Positions 63,716-64,000 of a stretch of DNA of 64,000 nt are shown here, in pieces. Location: assembly GCA_951804945.1 (NCBI GenBank), contig OX638163.1:11780001-11844000 (forward strand), given 5' to 3'. The stretch is from Podarcis cretensis (lineage: Eukaryota). The notes beneath the pieces are model-generated. The model searched no databases. It saw only the letters and a list, made by a program, of their open reading frames with translations, and was not told the origin of the DNA. Numbering within the stretch: the stretch's first letter is position 1; each line of letters opens with the position of its first letter. A program made the translations under genes and the position numbers.

Positions 63716-64000
63716 CAGATTCATAACATACCAATCCATTTAATAATAAAGTTTTTAAAATGCTGGAGTGTGTGAAATAAAAGGACCAACACTAATCTGC
63801 CTATCTGTTTTGTGAGAATTTATTTCTACATATTATGAAGTGGAATTCTGCTTAGGTCCACTGAGTGTCAGTTGTTTGCTTTCCATAATGACTTGCAAGA
63901 CAAAATAGGCAATGAGGAAGGAAGGGAGAGCAAAGTAAAAGCTTGGCCACTCCCTGGGATGACTGCAGTAGTGCCCCTGACCTACTCACCAGGTTTATTG

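Overview
Vertebrate, essentially non-coding DNA, most likely from a squamate and probably a lacertid lizard. This is inferred from Sauria/Squam1, Squam2- and Squam3-like SINEs, CR1 and L2 LINE remnants, and lizard-type mariner and hAT MITEs. I found no intact host gene. The window reads like a large intron or gene desert with several repeat-poor, homeobox/octamer-motif-rich blocks (candidate enhancers), many TE relics, microsatellites and seven N gaps. Four things stand out. (1) An unexplained ~2-kb module (20070-22050) in which three arrays of a palindromic ~80-100-bp unit flank a CpG-retaining orphan minus-strand ORF; it may be a fragment of an unclassified virus-like or DNA element. (2) An OposCharlie1(OC1)-like hAT element with perfect TIRs and TSD that carries captured GC-rich DNA and is nested inside a CR1. 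(3) A two-exon, intron-retaining MROH-like pseudogene fragment. (4) A 28-bp perfect direct repeat whose copies are 2 kb apart. Family names come from recalled consensus motifs, not from database searches.
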